Source: Octopus bimaculoides | Taxonomy: Eukaryota | Length of the DNA stretch: 64,000 bases | NCBI RefSeq assembly: GCF_001194135.2 | Contig: NC_068992.1 | Coordinates: 57,831,789-57,895,788 of the forward strand | Direction of reading: 5' to 3' | Made by a program: the position numbers and the translations under genes | The notes under the pieces: generated by a model | What the model was told of the DNA's origin: nothing | The model's database searches: none | What the model saw: only the letters and a program-made list of their open reading frames with translations | Shown: positions 62,949-64,000 of the stretch, one piece after another | How the letters are laid out: the number at the start of each line of letters is the position of its first letter | Position numbering within the stretch: position 1 is the stretch's first letter

Positions 62949-63225
62949 AATGATATATATTTAAAATCAGGTTTTTAACACAAATCTGTGAAGAGATTTC
63001 ATCTCAGACAATTCTGCAACATCATGCCTTATAATGGTGTACATACATCTAGTATGATATACAGATGGCAACTTTAATTTAATGCTGTTTCATTTGTGTA
63101 CACTGAATATATCAAAAGTATTTTTCTCCTTTCCTTAAAATATTTGTTTTTGACTCAGGTTCATTTTGCAGTATTTGATCCTAATATTCATTCTCGCTCT
63201 TTTCCCTTTATTTTACATTTTCTAG

Positions 63226-63603
63226 GAAATGGATGGTGTTAGCGTATATCAGACGTGTTTCCCAGAATTATTAGCACAGTACACTGGTGGGCTTTTGTCC
63301 AATGCCTTACTGTTTCCACTGGAAACTGTACTTCACCGACTTTATCTTCAAGGAACTCGGACAATTATTGACAATACAGACAATGGGCTTGGAGTTATCC
63401 CCATCAATACCAAATACGAAGGTGTTATTGACTGTTTTAAAAGTATTTTCTTTGAGGAAGGCGTGTTTGGATTTTACAAAGGCGTTGGAGCATTAATTCT
63501 ACAATACGCTCTCCATGCTTTAATTTTGAAAGGAGCCTTCTTTCTGTTTAACACATTCACTAAAGATATGACGCCACAGCGGAAAGTACCAGCATCTCAA
63601 ACT
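63226..63603 (+). CDS. SLC25A46: SLC25A46 coding exon 9 (EMDGVSVYQTCFPELLA...FPLETVLHRLYLQGTRTIIDNTD...GFYKG...VPASQT)
   Basis: ttttctag acceptor. FPEL, PLETVLHRL.QGTRTIIDNTD and GFYKG motifs. Putative donor ACT|gtaagt at 63604; unspliced read-through ends at TAG 63706-63708. Confidence 0.95.
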
Positions 63604-64000
63604 GTAAGTACAATTTCTCTCATCAAACATAGCATCTCATTTGTAACCTATGTGGTGGTGGTCATCGTTCTTGTACAGCCTTTTCTAGTATACAAGGTGA
63701 GCATGTAGGGTAAACGATGACAATGAATAATTTTTTGTCATGTCTGAGATGCTAAATTCATAATGAAAAGAAGTTTGCTATTTAATTAAATCCCTCCAAA
63801 TTCTTAATTATTTTCAAAATCATTTACGATAAAGGCATTGTATTTCATTGGAAATATGGCCACAAGATGTTTGAATCATATTCTAATTTTTTACTATTGC
63901 TGATATTTGCTGTATTGAATTGTCAACGAGAGTCTCTATGTGGCTACTTGATATACTAGAAATAGCATATAGTTTGATCTCCAAATTTGCATCCTGTCTG

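Noticed and set aside
63229-63708. Stand-alone 159-aa ORF
   Set aside because: It is an internal exon of SLC25A46; the acceptor is 3 nt before this ATG.

Overview
Eukaryotic, AT-rich, repeat-dense draft-assembly DNA with about 6 kb of N gaps, mostly next to microsatellites. The repeat families look like those of Octopus; that taxon call is inference. One protein-coding gene is well supported: an SLC25A46 orthologue (outer mitochondrial membrane, Ugo1-like SLC25 member) on the + strand. Nine coding exons at 51452-63603 splice in frame with GT-AG introns to give 374 codons. The gene probably extends beyond what is resolved: an upstream exon was not located, and a strong donor at 63604 points to a further exon past the window. 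In the first ~49 kb I recognise no gene. That stretch holds dozens of tRNA-headed SINEs built from interchangeable head and tail modules, hAT MITEs with 8-bp TSDs, Tc1/mariner fossils and MITEs, LINE fragments (RTE-like RT, HERO-like C-terminus), fold-back elements containing TTAGGG-like hexamers, and simple repeats. I found no convincing new biological system. The best leads are inverted retroposon pairs in SLC25A46 introns (possible dsRNA, A-to-I editing or circRNA), the modular SINEs, and the telomere-hexamer fold-back family. Family labels A-H and tail labels alpha-delta are my own working names. Repeat boundaries were read by eye and are approximate unless a TSD or TIR is quoted.
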